NCBI GenBank assembly: GCA_020050355.1
Contig: JAGVKT010000036.1
Location: forward strand, 1,115 to 65,114
Direction: 5' to 3'
Source of the DNA: Gammaproteobacteria bacterium
Lineage (GTDB): Bacteria > Pseudomonadota > Gammaproteobacteria > Francisellales > CACEW01
DNA: 64,000 nucleotides
In this document: piece by piece, positions 35,283-46,544 of the stretch
How the letters are laid out: every line of letters starts with the position of its first letter
Position numbering within the stretch: position 1 is the first letter of the stretch
Notes under the pieces: model-generated
The model's database searches: none
What the model saw: only the letters and a program-made list of their open reading frames with translations
What the model was told of the DNA's origin: nothing
Made by a program: the position numbers and the translations under genes

Positions 35283-36106
35283 TGCATACTATTTCTGAAT
35301 ATGCGCCCGCAGGAAGTGATATTTATTATGTGCTGAGGCAGGTCGCACCAGAGAAAAAATCATTTTATTTGGCACTCCATGCGTATGCACAAGAGCTTTA
35401 TAAAACTTCAGAACATTATAAAGAAGTAGCGATTGCGCAAAAAAAATTAATATGGTGGGTAGATGAAATTAAAAATTTATACCAAGGCGCACCCAAGCAT
35501 CCATTAACCAAAATTTTACAAGATGCTATAGGCCGCTATCAACTTAAAGAAATAGAATTATTAGCAATGATTGAAGCTGCGATGCTTGCAACCACAACAC
35601 AAATCTTTATGACTGAAGCAGAATTACGACAACACTACCAGCATACAGGCGGTATCGTAGCAAGTTTAAAAGCAAAAATATTAGACATTGAAAAAATATC
35701 TATAGATGCTGGCTGGCAAAATAAAGTGCATCAATTAGGTAGCGCTTATGAAATATTGCGGCATCTATTAAACTTTCCAAAAAGTTTGCATCGGCAGCAT
35801 TTGTATCTTCCGCTTAGTTTGTTTCAAGAATATCAAATCGACCCGCAACCAATTTTACAAAATAAAAATTTGTCAACATTAGTGCCCTTATTAAATGCAG
35901 AATTTGAAAGTGCAAAAAAATTAATAATAACAACAAAGCTTGCTTTAACTCCGCTTGAGCAAAAGCACTTACGGCCTTTACTATTGGAGCTTGAGCTCAA
36001 ATTAAAGCAAGTGCAAAAAACGGCAAAAGCTGCTTGGAAAATTTTTGATTATCACCTAGAATTATCCCCGCTGTTTAAATTATTATTCACGGAGTTTGCC
36101 CCATGA
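35282..36106 (+). CDS. Squalene/phytoene-synthase-fold protein with degenerate Asp-rich motifs
   Basis: By-eye similarity to the SQS/PSY family (YYVLRQV, HPLTKIL, LGSAYEILRHLLNFPKSL..QHLYLP). The DxxxD motifs are not conserved. The start overlaps the ubiG stop (TAATG). Confidence 0.45.
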   Translation: MHTISEYAPAGSDIYYVLRQVAPEKKSFYLALHAYAQELYKTSEHYKEVAIAQKKLIWWVDEIKNLYQGAPKHPLTKILQDAIGRYQLKEIELLAMIEAAMLATTTQIFMTEAELRQHYQHTGGIVASLKAKILDIEKISIDAGWQNKVHQLGSAYEILRHLLNFPKSLHRQHLYLPLSLFQEYQIDPQPILQNKNLSTLVPLLNAEFESAKKLIITTKLALTPLEQKHLRPLLLELELKLKQVQKTAKAAWKIFDYHLELSPLFKLLFTEFAP

Positions 36107-36990
36107 AGCGAGCGCTACAAGCCGATTTTTTTCTGCTCGTGGTGGCGCTGATTTGGGGAGTTACTTTTCCTTTAGTCACACAAGCATTGCACTCGATCAA
36201 CGCATTTTTATTTGTTACTTTAAGATTTACTTGTGCTGCATTGGTATTATTACCGTGGATATTTAAATCATTAATTAAAACTTCTCCAGCAGTGTTAAAA
36301 GCAGGAATGATTTTAGGGATGCTGAATGCGGGTATATTTTTATTTCAAACCTTTGGCATGCAATTTGTTGATACGGATACTACCGCATTCGTAGCTGCTT
36401 CAGGAGTGATTTTCGTACCCTTTGTTGCTTATTTGATGAAACTTGCACGAGTGCGGCCTGTTGAGTATATGGGTACTTTTATATGTTTTTGTGGTTTATA
36501 TATTTTAACTGGCGGAAGCTTAAGTCATTTAAAACCAGGAGCATCATGGATTTTTTTAGCAAATTTATTTTGGGCCATAGGTATTTGTTATTTACAAAAA
36601 GTAACACCACGTATCCAGGAGCTTAACCTATTAGCTTTTTATCAAATTGTATTTACCTTGCCCTTCGCAGCATCCTTAACCATAATGGATCCGCAAATTT
36701 ATAAGTTCACACCTTTAGTGATTATTGCAGTTACTTATACTGGAGTTTTAGCAACTGCATTAGTGTATTTAATACAAGTGCGTTATCAAAAAGAAACCAC
36801 TGCAACCCATGCTGCAATGATTTATTCGTTAGAGCCAGTGCTTGCAAGCATTTTTGCTATTTATATTAATCATGAGCCTTTAGATAAACGCGTGCTCTTA
36901 GGGGGTGGGATCGTATTATTCAGTATTCTTCTAGTCGAAATGCTACCTAATTTAAAAAAGATAAAGAAAAAATCATTACATGAGCAGTAG
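36103..36990 (+). CDS. EamA/DMT-family transporter
   Basis: About 10 hydrophobic segments in two EamA-like halves; 4-nt overlap with the upstream gene. Confidence 0.75.
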   Translation: MKRALQADFFLLVVALIWGVTFPLVTQALHSINAFLFVTLRFTCAALVLLPWIFKSLIKTSPAVLKAGMILGMLNAGIFLFQTFGMQFVDTDTTAFVAASGVIFVPFVAYLMKLARVRPVEYMGTFICFCGLYILTGGSLSHLKPGASWIFLANLFWAIGICYLQKVTPRIQELNLLAFYQIVFTLPFAASLTIMDPQIYKFTPLVIIAVTYTGVLATALVYLIQVRYQKETTATHAAMIYSLEPVLASIFAIYINHEPLDKRVLLGGGIVLFSILLVEMLPNLKKIKKKSLHEQ

Positions 36991-38109
36991 CCGTTCTAAA
37001 AGACATTGATAAATTTTAGTCAAAGGCTCTAGATCTGCGATACAAACATGTTCATTGACTTGATGTACGCTCGTTGTTAAAGGCCCCAGTTCAACCACCT
37101 CAGCTCCGGTAGGCGCAATAAAACGGCCATCAGAGGTACCGCCACCCGTGGATAAAATAGGAGTCAAGCCAGTAAGTTCATGGATCGTTGTTTGTACAGT
37201 TTTAATTAATGCTCCTTGTTTGGTCAAAAAAGCCTGACCTCCTAAAGTCCATGAAAGCTCAAAATGAAGTTTGTTATTTTCTAAAATTTTTGTCACCGCT
37301 GCTTTGAGTTCATCAGGGCTCACGCTAGTCGAGAAGCGAAAATTAAATAAAATTTCCATGGTACCTGGAATGACATTACCGGCACCCGTGCCCGCATGAA
37401 TATTCGAAATTTGAAAACTCGTCGACGGAAAAGAAGGATTGGTAGTTTTATCCCATTGCGTTGAAGTTAATTCTGTTAAAGCCTTGAGTGCTAAATGAAT
37501 AGGATTTGCCGCAAGATGTGGATAGGCAATATGACCTTGTTTACCAAAAATAGTTAATTTCCCACTCAGCGAGCCTCTACGACCGATCCGAATTTGATCA
37601 CCTAAAATTTGATCACTGCTCGCTTCTCCGATAATACAATAGTCAATGTGCTCTTGCCGCTGCCTCAAGGTTTCAATAACCTTTTGTGTGCCGTCAATAG
37701 ATGGGCCTTCTTCATCGCTCGTAAGCAAAAAGCCAATGGAGCCATCAAACTTTGGCTGTAGACTAATAAAATTTTTTGCAGCGACTAACATTGCGGCTAA
37801 ACCGCTTTTCATATCAGCAGCGCCGCGGCCATACAAAAGGCCATCACGTTCAGTAGGCGTAAATGGATCACTATGCCATTGTGCAAGCGGTCCTGGGGGT
37901 ACAACATCGGTATGGCCCGCAAAAACTATTAAAGGTTTTGTTTGACCATAGCGTGCCCAGAGATTAGTCACCGAGCCGAAAGGCAGCCATTCAATATTAA
38001 AGCCAAGAGCAACGAGATAATCTGCAATAATTTTTTGACAACCGGCATCTTCTGGGGTAACAGAAGGACAGGCAATTAGTTTTTTTAGTAATTCAAGTGT
38101 TGTGGACAT
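36976..38109 (-). CDS. dapE: Succinyl-diaminopimelate desuccinylase
   Basis: M20 peptidase motifs AGHTDVVP, LTSDEEG, GGGTSDGRF; adjacent to dapD. Confidence 0.9.
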   Translation of the reverse strand: MSTTLELLKKLIACPSVTPEDAGCQKIIADYLVALGFNIEWLPFGSVTNLWARYGQTKPLIVFAGHTDVVPPGPLAQWHSDPFTPTERDGLLYGRGAADMKSGLAAMLVAAKNFISLQPKFDGSIGFLLTSDEEGPSIDGTQKVIETLRQRQEHIDYCIIGEASSDQILGDQIRIGRRGSLSGKLTIFGKQGHIAYPHLAANPIHLALKALTELTSTQWDKTTNPSFPSTSFQISNIHAGTGAGNVIPGTMEILFNFRFSTSVSPDELKAAVTKILENNKLHFELSWTLGGQAFLTKQGALIKTVQTTIHELTGLTPILSTGGGTSDGRFIAPTGAEVVELGPLTTSVHQVNEHVCIADLEPLTKIYQCLLERLLLM

Positions 38110-38933
38110 TAGATGATATTTCTTAATAATTCATTAATACTGGTCTTGGTGCGAGTCGCAGCATCAACAGTTTTAACAATAACAGCGCAATATAAACTAT
38201 ATTGGCCATCTGAGCTTGGGAGTGAGCCGGGCACCACGACGGATCCAGCTGGAATTCGGCCATATGTTATTTTATTTGTTAAGCGATTATAGATGCGTGT
38301 GCTTTGGCCAATGTATACGCCCATCGAAATGACTGAGCCTTCTTCAACAATAACACCTTCGACAATTTCAGAGCGCGCACCAATAAAACAATTATCTTCG
38401 ATAATGGTTGGATTTATTTGTAAGGGCTCTAGCACACCACCAATCCCAACGCCGCCAGAAAGATGGACATTTTTACCGATTTGTGCACATGAGCCCACTG
38501 TAGCCCAAGTATCAATCATGCAGCCTGAATCAATAAAAGCGCCGATATTCACATAAGAAGGCATAAGTATAGTATTAGGGCCTATATAAGCACCTCTGCG
38601 TACAATAGCAGTGGGGGCTACACGAATACCAGATTTTTGGAATTCGGAGGATGTCTGCTGGCAAAATTTAAGAGGCAACTTATCATAAAAACGTGTAAAA
38701 CCCGCATCAATTATTTGATTATCAAAAACACGAAATGCCAACAAAATGGCTTTTTTTAACCATTCTGAAGTATGCCATTGGCCAGAGGTTTTTTCAGCAA
38801 GACGTAGTGTTCCTGCATCAAGCAATGCAAAAATTTGCTCGAGCGCATTTTTAAGTTCCGTGTCTACAGTTTCTGGGGTTAGCGTAGTTCTAAGTTCAAA
38901 GGCAGTTTCAATCAACGCTTTAATTTTTTCCAT
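38109..38933 (-). CDS. dapD: Tetrahydrodipicolinate N-succinyltransferase
   Basis: 274 aa with a left-handed beta-helix hexapeptide region and a DapD-like N-terminus. Confidence 0.9.
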   Translation of the reverse strand: MEKIKALIETAFELRTTLTPETVDTELKNALEQIFALLDAGTLRLAEKTSGQWHTSEWLKKAILLAFRVFDNQIIDAGFTRFYDKLPLKFCQQTSSEFQKSGIRVAPTAIVRRGAYIGPNTILMPSYVNIGAFIDSGCMIDTWATVGSCAQIGKNVHLSGGVGIGGVLEPLQINPTIIEDNCFIGARSEIVEGVIVEEGSVISMGVYIGQSTRIYNRLTNKITYGRIPAGSVVVPGSLPSSDGQYSLYCAVIVKTVDAATRTKTSINELLRNII

Positions 38934-38944
38934 AGCAATTCTTT

Positions 38945-39451
38945 TTAAGAATTATCAGGGGCAGCTGACGATAGCGTATTATCACCGGAAAGAGGTGGTT
39001 TATTTAATGGTGATACATCATAACCAGCGCTGGCTAAAATTTTACCAGTATTAACATTGACCACTTGAGCAAGCCAGTGACCTTGGCAGGTAGTTGTGCG
39101 ACCTTGAGCGTTAGTATGGACTACCGTCCGATAAGCCCAGGATACATCATGATGGGTATTAGGGCCGCGCACTAAAGTAAATTTTGAGTTTTTGCAATAA
39201 CTGCCTTGCGGCGCAGTCCAATAGATAGCTAACATGTCAGAAGCTTTAATATCCCAATTAGTAACAGTAGTAGCAATAATTAAATTATCACGCGGTGCAA
39301 TGCTGATACTACTCGTAGTATTCGATGAATAGCTCGCTGCAGTCGCATTTAAATCAGAGTTAAGCGTAGTAGCGGGGTCAGTCGTGGTTCCCAGGGCAGT
39401 TTTAAAACCAAAAAACATTAAAAATAGTCCTGCTAACTTATACTTATTCAT
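38945..39451 (-). CDS. Secreted protein of unknown function (168 aa)
   Basis: Signal peptide [21 protein letters not shown]; Thr/Ser-rich mature N-terminus. Confidence 0.55.
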   Translation of the reverse strand: MNKYKLAGLFLMFFGFKTALGTTTDPATTLNSDLNATAASYSSNTTSSISIAPRDNLIIATTVTNWDIKASDMLAIYWTAPQGSYCKNSKFTLVRGPNTHHDVSWAYRTVVHTNAQGRTTTCQGHWLAQVVNVNTGKILASAGYDVSPLNKPPLSGDNTLSSAAPDNS

Positions 39452-39524
39452 CTTAGATTCCCTCAGTTTTTTCTAGTTTAGAGACGCATGTTAATTATAA
39501 GAACATTTTTTTATAAAGCAAGCA

Positions 39525-39617
39525 GCACCCCTGCAGCATGGCTTTTGATTTTGGAACAAACAGTGAAAGCTTAACGCCGAGTAAAAACTAACCTTGAATC
39601 ACGTTTGGTATATGCCC
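39525..39617 (+). repeat. MITE-like element, right-half copy (B)
   Basis: CCCCTGCAGCATGGCTTTTGATTTTGGAACAAACAGTGAAAGCTTAACGCCGAGTAAAAAC... aligns to the right arms of the copies at 49546-49884 and 60329-60737. Confidence 0.65.
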
Positions 39618-40782
39618 ATCTTTTCAAATAATGGTGGTATAAATTGCCCACGATACATGACGGCACGAATATTAAAATCTTTAGTTAAGATTAACAGATT
39701 TGCTCGCCGTCCAGCACTAAGAGGATCATGTGCAGCAAAGCCCAGTAGCTCGAGAGGTTTGGTAGTCACTAAGGGCAGAATTTTATCTAACGAAAGCTGA
39801 GTGAACTGTTGCATATTTTTTAATGCTCGATGAAGTTGCAGCGTGCTGCCAGCGAGTTTGCCATTTTTTGCCAGGCGAGCAATTCCTCCGGTATCAACAA
39901 TAACTTCTTGCCCACCTAAATCATAAGTTCCAGCTTTTAAACATTTAGCACGCATCGCATCAGTAACTAAAACAAGATGCTGTAAGCCCTTATATTGAAC
40001 AATAAATTGTACGATTTCAGGTGCAAGATGTACGCCATCTAAAATCAACTCTGCAGTAACTCGCGTATCTTGTAACAAGCATAAAGCAGCGCCGGGATCG
40101 CGATGATGAATGCCTTTCATAGCATTAAAGAGATGTGTGGCATAAGAGGCTCCAGCATCTACAGCGTACTTAGTTTGTGCAAAGCTTGCTGCTGTATGGC
40201 CAATAGAAACGATAATATTTTGCGTGCGCGCATAATTAATAAACTCTAAGGCGCCTGGAAGCTCAGGAGCAATGGTGATGAGCTTGATAAGGTCAGGAAA
40301 TTTTTTGAGCCATTTTTTAGGAGTTCAATATTTGGCAAGGATAAATAATCGTCAGCTTGAGCTCCGGCAAATTCAGGGCTTAAAAAAGGCCCTTCCAAAT
40401 GCACACCTAAAAGTTGCGCGCCTTGCTGTTGTGTATTTTTAAATTCAAAGCATATTTGTAAGACCGCTTCGATGTGTTCAATGGCAGCAGTCATCGTGGT
40501 TGCAAGGAAGCCACTCACTCCTTCAGTCAATAAATTATTGGCGATGAGCTGTAGCGATTCTTGTTGAGCGTCCATGACATCTTGACCATGAGTGCCGTGA
40601 ATATGTAGGTCTGTAAAAGTAGGAATTAAAAACTCATCATCCTTTAAGAAAACATCTGCCTTTTTTGAAGCGTCAATGGGTTGTACTTGCTTAATGGTAT
40701 CTTCATGGATGCATATCTCATGCTGCGATAAAAATTTTTCTTGCGCATAAATTTTGCCACCACGAATAATCATGCAGGCCAT
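39599..40782 (-). pseudogene. nagA: N-acetylglucosamine-6-phosphate deacetylase, split by a single frameshift
   Basis: The N-terminal ORF (HIHG, HLEGPFLSPE) and C-terminal ORF (THLFNAMKGIHHRDPG) join cleanly. A +1 A in either of two A6 runs (complement of 40313-40318 or 40301-40306) restores KKWLKKFPDLIKLITIAPE...GHTAAS. Confidence 0.8.
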
Positions 40783-41648
40783 CCTAAATGCTGTTTAACC
40801 ATCATGATAGCGCCATGAGGAATATCTAATTTACCAGGCACCAACTGTGCTTGTAATGCATTTGAAGTGAATTCTTTAATACGAGAACTCAAGCCTCCTA
40901 CTAAACCCAGAGGAAAGCTCTTAAGTCCACTTTGCTTTATAAGTGCTGTAAAAATCAGATCAACTTCAATGCCAGAACGAGCAAGTAAATTATGCGCAAG
41001 CGCATCTTCATCTTTAAAAGCAAAGATGGTTCGAGCAAATTTTGCATAGTGCATAGGTTGTGCATGATGCGCAAAATTTATAAAGGCTGGTAAATCATTT
41101 TGGAATTGGGCAAAAGTATGACTTAACATCGGCGTCCAAGCGATGCGCTGATCAATCGCTTTAAAAACTAAATGAAATAATTCTAAGCCTAACCAAGCAC
41201 CGCTACCCTCATCAGCATGTGGAAAGCCATAGCCGCTAATACGGTATATTTTATTTTTACTAATTTGATATCCAACAATACCAGTACCAATAATAATAAT
41301 TGCGCCGTCTTGTCCTGCATGATATCCCAAGCAGGCTGCATGGGCATCAGACTTTAATACTAATGTTTTAAAAGGGTGCGGCATACTTAAGAATTCATTA
41401 ATTGCCATATTGCTTTCAGTACCTGCAAGCGCAAGGCCTACATGAAGATTAAAATTTTGGAGGTTGATGTTTGCAGCCACGCTTGCCTGATCGATGGCTT
41501 GTTGGATAGATTCCCAACTTTGGACAACTGAAGTTGCAATATTACCTGGGCCGGCGATGCCCATTCCTAAGGAGTGGCCTGAGGCATCTTGGATAAGTGC
41601 GGCGGTTTTAGTTCCTCCACCATCAACGCCAATAAAAAGATCTTGCAT
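40770..41648 (-). CDS. N-acetylglucosamine kinase-like ATPase (BadF/BadG/BcrA/BcrD family)
   Basis: IGVDGGGTKT phosphate-1 motif; ASKHA fold length; adjacent to nagA. Confidence 0.75.
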   Translation of the reverse strand: MQDLFIGVDGGGTKTAALIQDASGHSLGMGIAGPGNIATSVVQSWESIQQAIDQASVAANINLQNFNLHVGLALAGTESNMAINEFLSMPHPFKTLVLKSDAHAACLGYHAGQDGAIIIIGTGIVGYQISKNKIYRISGYGFPHADEGSGAWLGLELFHLVFKAIDQRIAWTPMLSHTFAQFQNDLPAFINFAHHAQPMHYAKFARTIFAFKDEDALAHNLLARSGIEVDLIFTALIKQSGLKSFPLGLVGGLSSRIKEFTSNALQAQLVPGKLDIPHGAIMMVKQHLGWPA

Positions 41649-41824
41649 GGGGGTTTTTATAGTAGATGAAACAAGTAATTTAATCTATCTATAATTTTTT
41701 GTATACCCCCTTGCTTTTTAACTGAGCTATCAGTACAATTTAAGCACAGTAGAATAAAAGAAGCTATATCCAAAAGTTTCTAAACAACCTGCTGAGTAGT
41801 ATAAATTAAATAAAGGAGAGAACC

Positions 41825-42097
41825 ATGCCCGCAACAATGCACTATGTAAAACCTGTAAATAAAGTTAAAAAACCTGCTTTGAAAGAAGTAGTTGGGACCA
41901 TCTTAAATGAATACTTTGAAAGCTTAAAAGGTGAAAAGCCTGAGCATGTTTATAATTTAGTGCTCACCGAAATTGAGCATCCTTTAATGAATGCCATCAT
42001 GAAATTTACCAACAATAACCAAAGCCAAGCTGCTGCAATTCTAGGTATTAACCGTGGCACTTTCCGCAAAAAATTAGCTTTTTACGGAATGTTATAA
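41825..42097 (+). CDS. fis: Fis-family nucleoid-associated DNA-binding protein
   Basis: C-terminal HTH NQSQAAAILGINRGTFRKKL; 90 aa. Confidence 0.85.
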   Translation: MPATMHYVKPVNKVKKPALKEVVGTILNEYFESLKGEKPEHVYNLVLTEIEHPLMNAIMKFTNNNQSQAAAILGINRGTFRKKLAFYGML

Positions 42098-42164
42098 GAT
42101 TCAAAAAAGATAAATAGCCACCCATAAATTCTACTGAATAAAGTGGCTATTTTGCATATTGAGT

Positions 42165-42374
42165 TTATCGACTAGATTCTTTACGAATGCGGTTCAAAAG
42201 CAGCGCAATTTGCTCAGATACTGACTTAGCAGATTGAGTCCGAGCAGGAGCTTCGTGCGGATGAATTTTGTGCGCATAAGAAGGTCTTTTACCACGAATA
42301 TCACCCCGTTCCACGCTTGAGTATTCTGTTAAGGTATCGTCAGAAAAGTCTCTGGTTTTTGTTATTGTTCGCAT
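42165..42374 (-). CDS. Small basic hypothetical protein (69 aa)
   Basis: ATG at 42374 behind AAGGGG; the track start at 42434 is less likely. Confidence 0.35.
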   Translation of the reverse strand: MRTITKTRDFSDDTLTEYSSVERGDIRGKRPSYAHKIHPHEAPARTQSAKSVSEQIALLLNRIRKESSR

Positions 42375-42513
42375 TGTCAACCCCTTGTAAATCAGCTTGT
42401 TATTATTATTAAGTATGAGCGCACTGTGCCTCATCCCTCATGATACAGAGAAAAGGTAAGTTTTTCAATAGAGCAATAATATTGGTAATTCAATGCATTA
42501 AGATCAAATAATA

Positions 42514-43692
42514 TTAGTTTTTATAGATAAAAAGGGCTTTTAAATATAAAGTCTCGGGAATCAGTAGGTGCCAAGGGTGATCAGGAGCTTGGTACCCCAC
42601 GTCAAAAATACTAAGCTGAGAGCGATTTTTATTGGCTTTGATAAGCGCGGTTTTTAAATCAACTTCAGATAAATGCATAGAACACGAAGAGCTTACTAAT
42701 ACGCCTTGCTCTTTTAGGCAGCTTAAGGCGAGCTCATTAATACGTTGGTAAGCTAAAAATCCTTCTTCATGGTCTTTTTTTCGCTTAATAAAAGCGGGTG
42801 GATCAACAATGATAACATCAAATTGTTGTCGTTGGTTTTTTAAATTTTTAAGCGCGACAAAAGCATCTTCAGTAATAATTTGTGCTGAAGCAAGCAGATT
42901 ATTCACTTCAAGATTTCTAGAAATATAAGCACTAGCAAGTTTAGAGCTTTCAATAAATGTAACCGAAGCAGCGCCATATACCCCTGCGTAAATGCCAAAG
43001 CTTCCTAAGTAAGAAAACACATCAAGGACATTTTTTCCTTTTACAAAATGCTGTAAACGTGAGCGATTGTTGCGCTGATCATAAAACCATCCGGTCTTTT
43101 GGCCAGAGTGGAGTGGAGCATAAAAAGGAATATTATTTTCATAAAGCAAAACTTCTTCGGGAACATGACCATATACCACTGTTGTTGAAGGTTCAAGGCC
43201 TTCAGTGGTTAAATGTGGTTGTTCATTTTTTAATAAAATACCTTGGGGTTGAAGTAGTTCAATAATAAGCGCAATAATTTGCTCTTTGATACGCCAAGCG
43301 CCTTGAGTTGTGAGTTGTAAAACAATAAGGTCATCAAAGCGATCGATAATAATCCCAGGAAGAAAATCTCCTTCAGCAAAACAAATACGATAAAAGGGCG
43401 CAGAAAAATAAGCTATGCGAGCACTTAAAGCGGTTTGTAATCGTGGCCGAATAAGATTCTCATCAAAAATAACATTAGGCTCATAAGCATACAAACGTAT
43501 AGCCAAAAGCGCGTGGGGATTGATATAACCCGATCCTAAAATTTCTCCTTGTGCATTAGCAATATTCACGCATTCACCTGGAGTAAATTCACTTAGAGCG
43601 TGAATATTTGTATCAATTTCGTTGCTGTATATCCATAAATGCCCAGAGCGAACACGACGATCTTCACGTTTTTTTAATATTACTTTACGCAT
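42514..43692 (-). CDS. rlmI: 23S rRNA m5C1962 methyltransferase
   Basis: PUA-like N-terminus plus SAM MTase motifs [12 protein letters not shown] and IIVDPP. Confidence 0.8.
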   Translation of the reverse strand: MRKVILKKREDRRVRSGHLWIYSNEIDTNIHALSEFTPGECVNIANAQGEILGSGYINPHALLAIRLYAYEPNVIFDENLIRPRLQTALSARIAYFSAPFYRICFAEGDFLPGIIIDRFDDLIVLQLTTQGAWRIKEQIIALIIELLQPQGILLKNEQPHLTTEGLEPSTTVVYGHVPEEVLLYENNIPFYAPLHSGQKTGWFYDQRNNRSRLQHFVKGKNVLDVFSYLGSFGIYAGVYGAASVTFIESSKLASAYISRNLEVNNLLASAQIITEDAFVALKNLKNQRQQFDVIIVDPPAFIKRKKDHEEGFLAYQRINELALSCLKEQGVLVSSSCSMHLSEVDLKTALIKANKNRSQLSIFDVGYQAPDHPWHLLIPETLYLKALFIYKN

Positions 43693-44767
43693 TGTTAATT
43701 TCTGCCAATAATTTAATTTTTTCTTCTTGAAGGAGTGGCAAAATGACTGGATCTAAATCACCTTCCATGATAGTGTCAAGCTTATAAAGGGTAAGATTAA
43801 TGCGATGATCGGTTAGGCGTCCTTGAGGAAAATTATAAGTACGAATGCGTTCAGAGCGATCGCCCGTACCCACCAGGTTTTTACGTGTAGCTGCTTCAGA
43901 GGCTCTTTGTCTTTCTTGTTCAGCTGCTAATAAACGTGCTTTCAAAAGACTCATGGCTTTAGATCTGTTTTTATGTTGCGAGCGCTCCTCTTGGCATTCC
44001 ACCACAACCCCGGTAGGAATATGGGTAATACGAATTGCAGAATCTGTTTTGTTAACATGTTGTCCTCCTGCGCCAGAAGCACGATAAGTATCAATCTTTA
44101 AATCACTAGGATTAATGGCGATGGTATCGACAGCTTCATTTTCAGGCATCACAGCAACGGTGCAAGTAGAAGTATGGATGCGACCTTGCGCTTCGGTTTT
44201 AGGAACCCTTTGTACACGATGTGCGCCAGATTCATATTTAAGTTGGCCATAAACACCTTGTCCCTCAATGCGCGTGATAATTTCTTTATAACCACCGTGC
44301 TCACCAGCACTACTATGCATAGCTTCAACACGCCAGCCCTTGCCTTCCGCGTATTTGCTATACATACGAAATAAATCACCAGCAAAGATTGCCGCTTCAT
44401 CACCTCCCGCAGCTGCGCGGATTTCTAAAAAAACACTAGCGTGATCATTAGGATCTTTGGGTAGCAGCTGCGTATAAAGCTCATTGATCCGTTGTTCTTG
44501 CGCCAATTTGCAGGCTGTAATTTCATGCTGTGCTAATTCTTTCATCTCTGGCTCTAATAACAAAGCTTCTGCTTCTTTAAGCGCAGCTTCATTATGAAGA
44601 TAAGCTTTGTAAGCATTAACAATATCCGTAAGCTCAGCATATTCTTTAGAAAGATCACGAAATTTATTAGAATCAGCGATAATGCTTGCAGTATTAAGTA
44701 AAGCCGCAATTTCCTCATGACGTTCACTGATCTTTTGTAAGCGGGCAACTATGGTAGGGCTTAACAT
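43685..44767 (-). CDS. prfA: Peptide chain release factor 1
   Basis: GGQHVNKT motif and an RF1-type tripeptide in RVQRVPKTE. Confidence 0.95.
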   Translation of the reverse strand: MLSPTIVARLQKISERHEEIAALLNTASIIADSNKFRDLSKEYAELTDIVNAYKAYLHNEAALKEAEALLLEPEMKELAQHEITACKLAQEQRINELYTQLLPKDPNDHASVFLEIRAAAGGDEAAIFAGDLFRMYSKYAEGKGWRVEAMHSSAGEHGGYKEIITRIEGQGVYGQLKYESGAHRVQRVPKTEAQGRIHTSTCTVAVMPENEAVDTIAINPSDLKIDTYRASGAGGQHVNKTDSAIRITHIPTGVVVECQEERSQHKNRSKAMSLLKARLLAAEQERQRASEAATRKNLVGTGDRSERIRTYNFPQGRLTDHRINLTLYKLDTIMEGDLDPVILPLLQEEKIKLLAEINNA

Positions 44768-44963
44768 GGGGGTATATGGTAATATTTTTTTAAGTTCCCA
44801 TATTATAATCTAGAATATGTATTTAAGTAATTACCCATTTGAAAATTCTAGAAAAATTGTTAATATATTTGCTGAGGCATAGAAAACTATGTTAAAATAG
44901 TAGGGTAGCGTTTGGTTTTTGGATCATCAATAAAAAAGCAAAAAATAAAGGATTATCAAAATT

Positions 44964-45485
44964 ATGAAACGATCACGCAATATATTTTTGATTGGCCCGA
45001 TGGGAGCAGGAAAAAGCACCATAGGACGCCATCTTGCAGATCTTCTAAAAATGGAATTTTTTGACTCTGATGCTGAAATTGAAAAGCGATGTGGTACCGA
45101 TATTGCTTGGATTTTTGATATTGAAGGTGAGGAAGGTTTTCGTCAGCGTGAAGAAAAAGTCATTCATGAGCTCACAGAAAAAAATGGTATTGTTTTAGCA
45201 ACCGGTGGCGGAGTAGTCGACTCAGCGTTGAATCGCGCTCGTTTAGCAGCAAGAGGTGCTGTGGTGTATCTAAAAGTAACTGTAGATCAACAAATGGAGC
45301 GTACCATTAAAGATAAATCACGCCCACAGTTGCAGGTCACCAACAAGCGCGAAGTTTTAGAAAAATTACGTGAAGAGCGAACCCATTTATTTGAAGAGAT
45401 AGCAGATTACACCATAAAGACAGATGAACGAGGCGTTAAAACTGTCGCCAGCGATATTGTCAAAATGCTGCATGGAGAAGGTTAA
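44964..45485 (+). CDS. aroK: Shikimate kinase
   Basis: Walker [10 protein letters not shown]; 173 aa. Confidence 0.9.
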   Translation: MKRSRNIFLIGPMGAGKSTIGRHLADLLKMEFFDSDAEIEKRCGTDIAWIFDIEGEEGFRQREEKVIHELTEKNGIVLATGGGVVDSALNRARLAARGAVVYLKVTVDQQMERTIKDKSRPQLQVTNKREVLEKLREERTHLFEEIADYTIKTDERGVKTVASDIVKMLHGEG

Positions 45486-46541
45486 GTGTCGTTTAAAAAC
45501 GATGCTTTTATTAACGCACTATTTCGTCGACCCACAAAATATACTCCTGTTTGGATTATGCGCCAAGCAGGGCGTTATTTACCTGAGTATCGTGCGCTCC
45601 GTGAAGAGGCTGGAAGTTTTTTAAATTTATGTAAAACCCCAGAACTTGCTTGTGCGGCCACATTGCAGCCGCTGCAACGTTTTTCTTTAGATGCAGCAAT
45701 TTTATTTTCGGATATTTTAACGATTCCAGATGCCATGGGCTTAGGCTTAGATTTTATCGAAGGTGAGGGCCCACGTTTTAACAAAAGCATTAACAGCCTT
45801 GCCGAAATTAATAAGCTTATCATTCCGGATCCTGATCATGATTTAACTTATGTATTAGATGCTATCCGTTTAATCAAAGCGAAGTTAGCTAATAAAGTGC
45901 CTCTGATTGGTTTTGCGGGCAGTCCTTTTACCTTGGCCGCTTATATTGTAGAAGGTGGTTCAAGTAAAAATTTTAATCAAATCAAAAAAATGTTGCTCGA
46001 TGCCCCAGAAATATTACATCAACTATTAAAAAAATTATCACAAGCAGTAATTTTATATTTAAACGCTCAAATTAAAGCAGGGGTAGATGTAATCATGCTA
46101 TTTGATAGTTGGGGCGGGTTATTAGCAGACAAAGATTATGCGGAATTTTCGCTAAATTATTTGAAAGAAATTCTAAAAAATGTATTGCGTGAATATCAAA
46201 ATAAAAGCATTCCTAGTATTGTTTTCGCTCGAGGCTCTGGCGCAAGATTGTTACAATTAAAACTACTTTCAGCAGATGTTTTGGGGCTTGATGAGAATAC
46301 CAATTTAGCGCTTGCTCGAAATATATTATGTCCGCAATTTATACTGCAAGGTAATTTTGCACCACAGTTGTTAAAAGAAGATGAGGCAACAATTAAAAAA
46401 GAAATCACCAAAGCACTTGAAATCATGAAAGGAAATCCTTATATTTTTAATTTAGGGCATGGCATTACGCCCGATATTGATCCAGAAAAATTAAATTTTT
46501 TAATTAATGAAGTGCATCAACAATCACTAAATTGGGTATAA
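45486..46541 (+). CDS. hemE: Uroporphyrinogen decarboxylase
   Basis: PVWIMRQAGRYLPEY; GTG start right after the aroK stop. Confidence 0.92.
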   Translation: MSFKNDAFINALFRRPTKYTPVWIMRQAGRYLPEYRALREEAGSFLNLCKTPELACAATLQPLQRFSLDAAILFSDILTIPDAMGLGLDFIEGEGPRFNKSINSLAEINKLIIPDPDHDLTYVLDAIRLIKAKLANKVPLIGFAGSPFTLAAYIVEGGSSKNFNQIKKMLLDAPEILHQLLKKLSQAVILYLNAQIKAGVDVIMLFDSWGGLLADKDYAEFSLNYLKEILKNVLREYQNKSIPSIVFARGSGARLLQLKLLSADVLGLDENTNLALARNILCPQFILQGNFAPQLLKEDEATIKKEITKALEIMKGNPYIFNLGHGITPDIDPEKLNFLINEVHQQSLNWV

Positions 46542-46544
46542 AAA

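Noticed and set aside
37646-39054. Plus-strand ORFs inside dapE/dapD (37646-37945, 38293-38556, 38746-39054)
   Set aside because: They are antisense to confidently identified dapE and dapD. Their composition (Ser/Pro/Thr-rich) is typical of reverse-frame artefacts.
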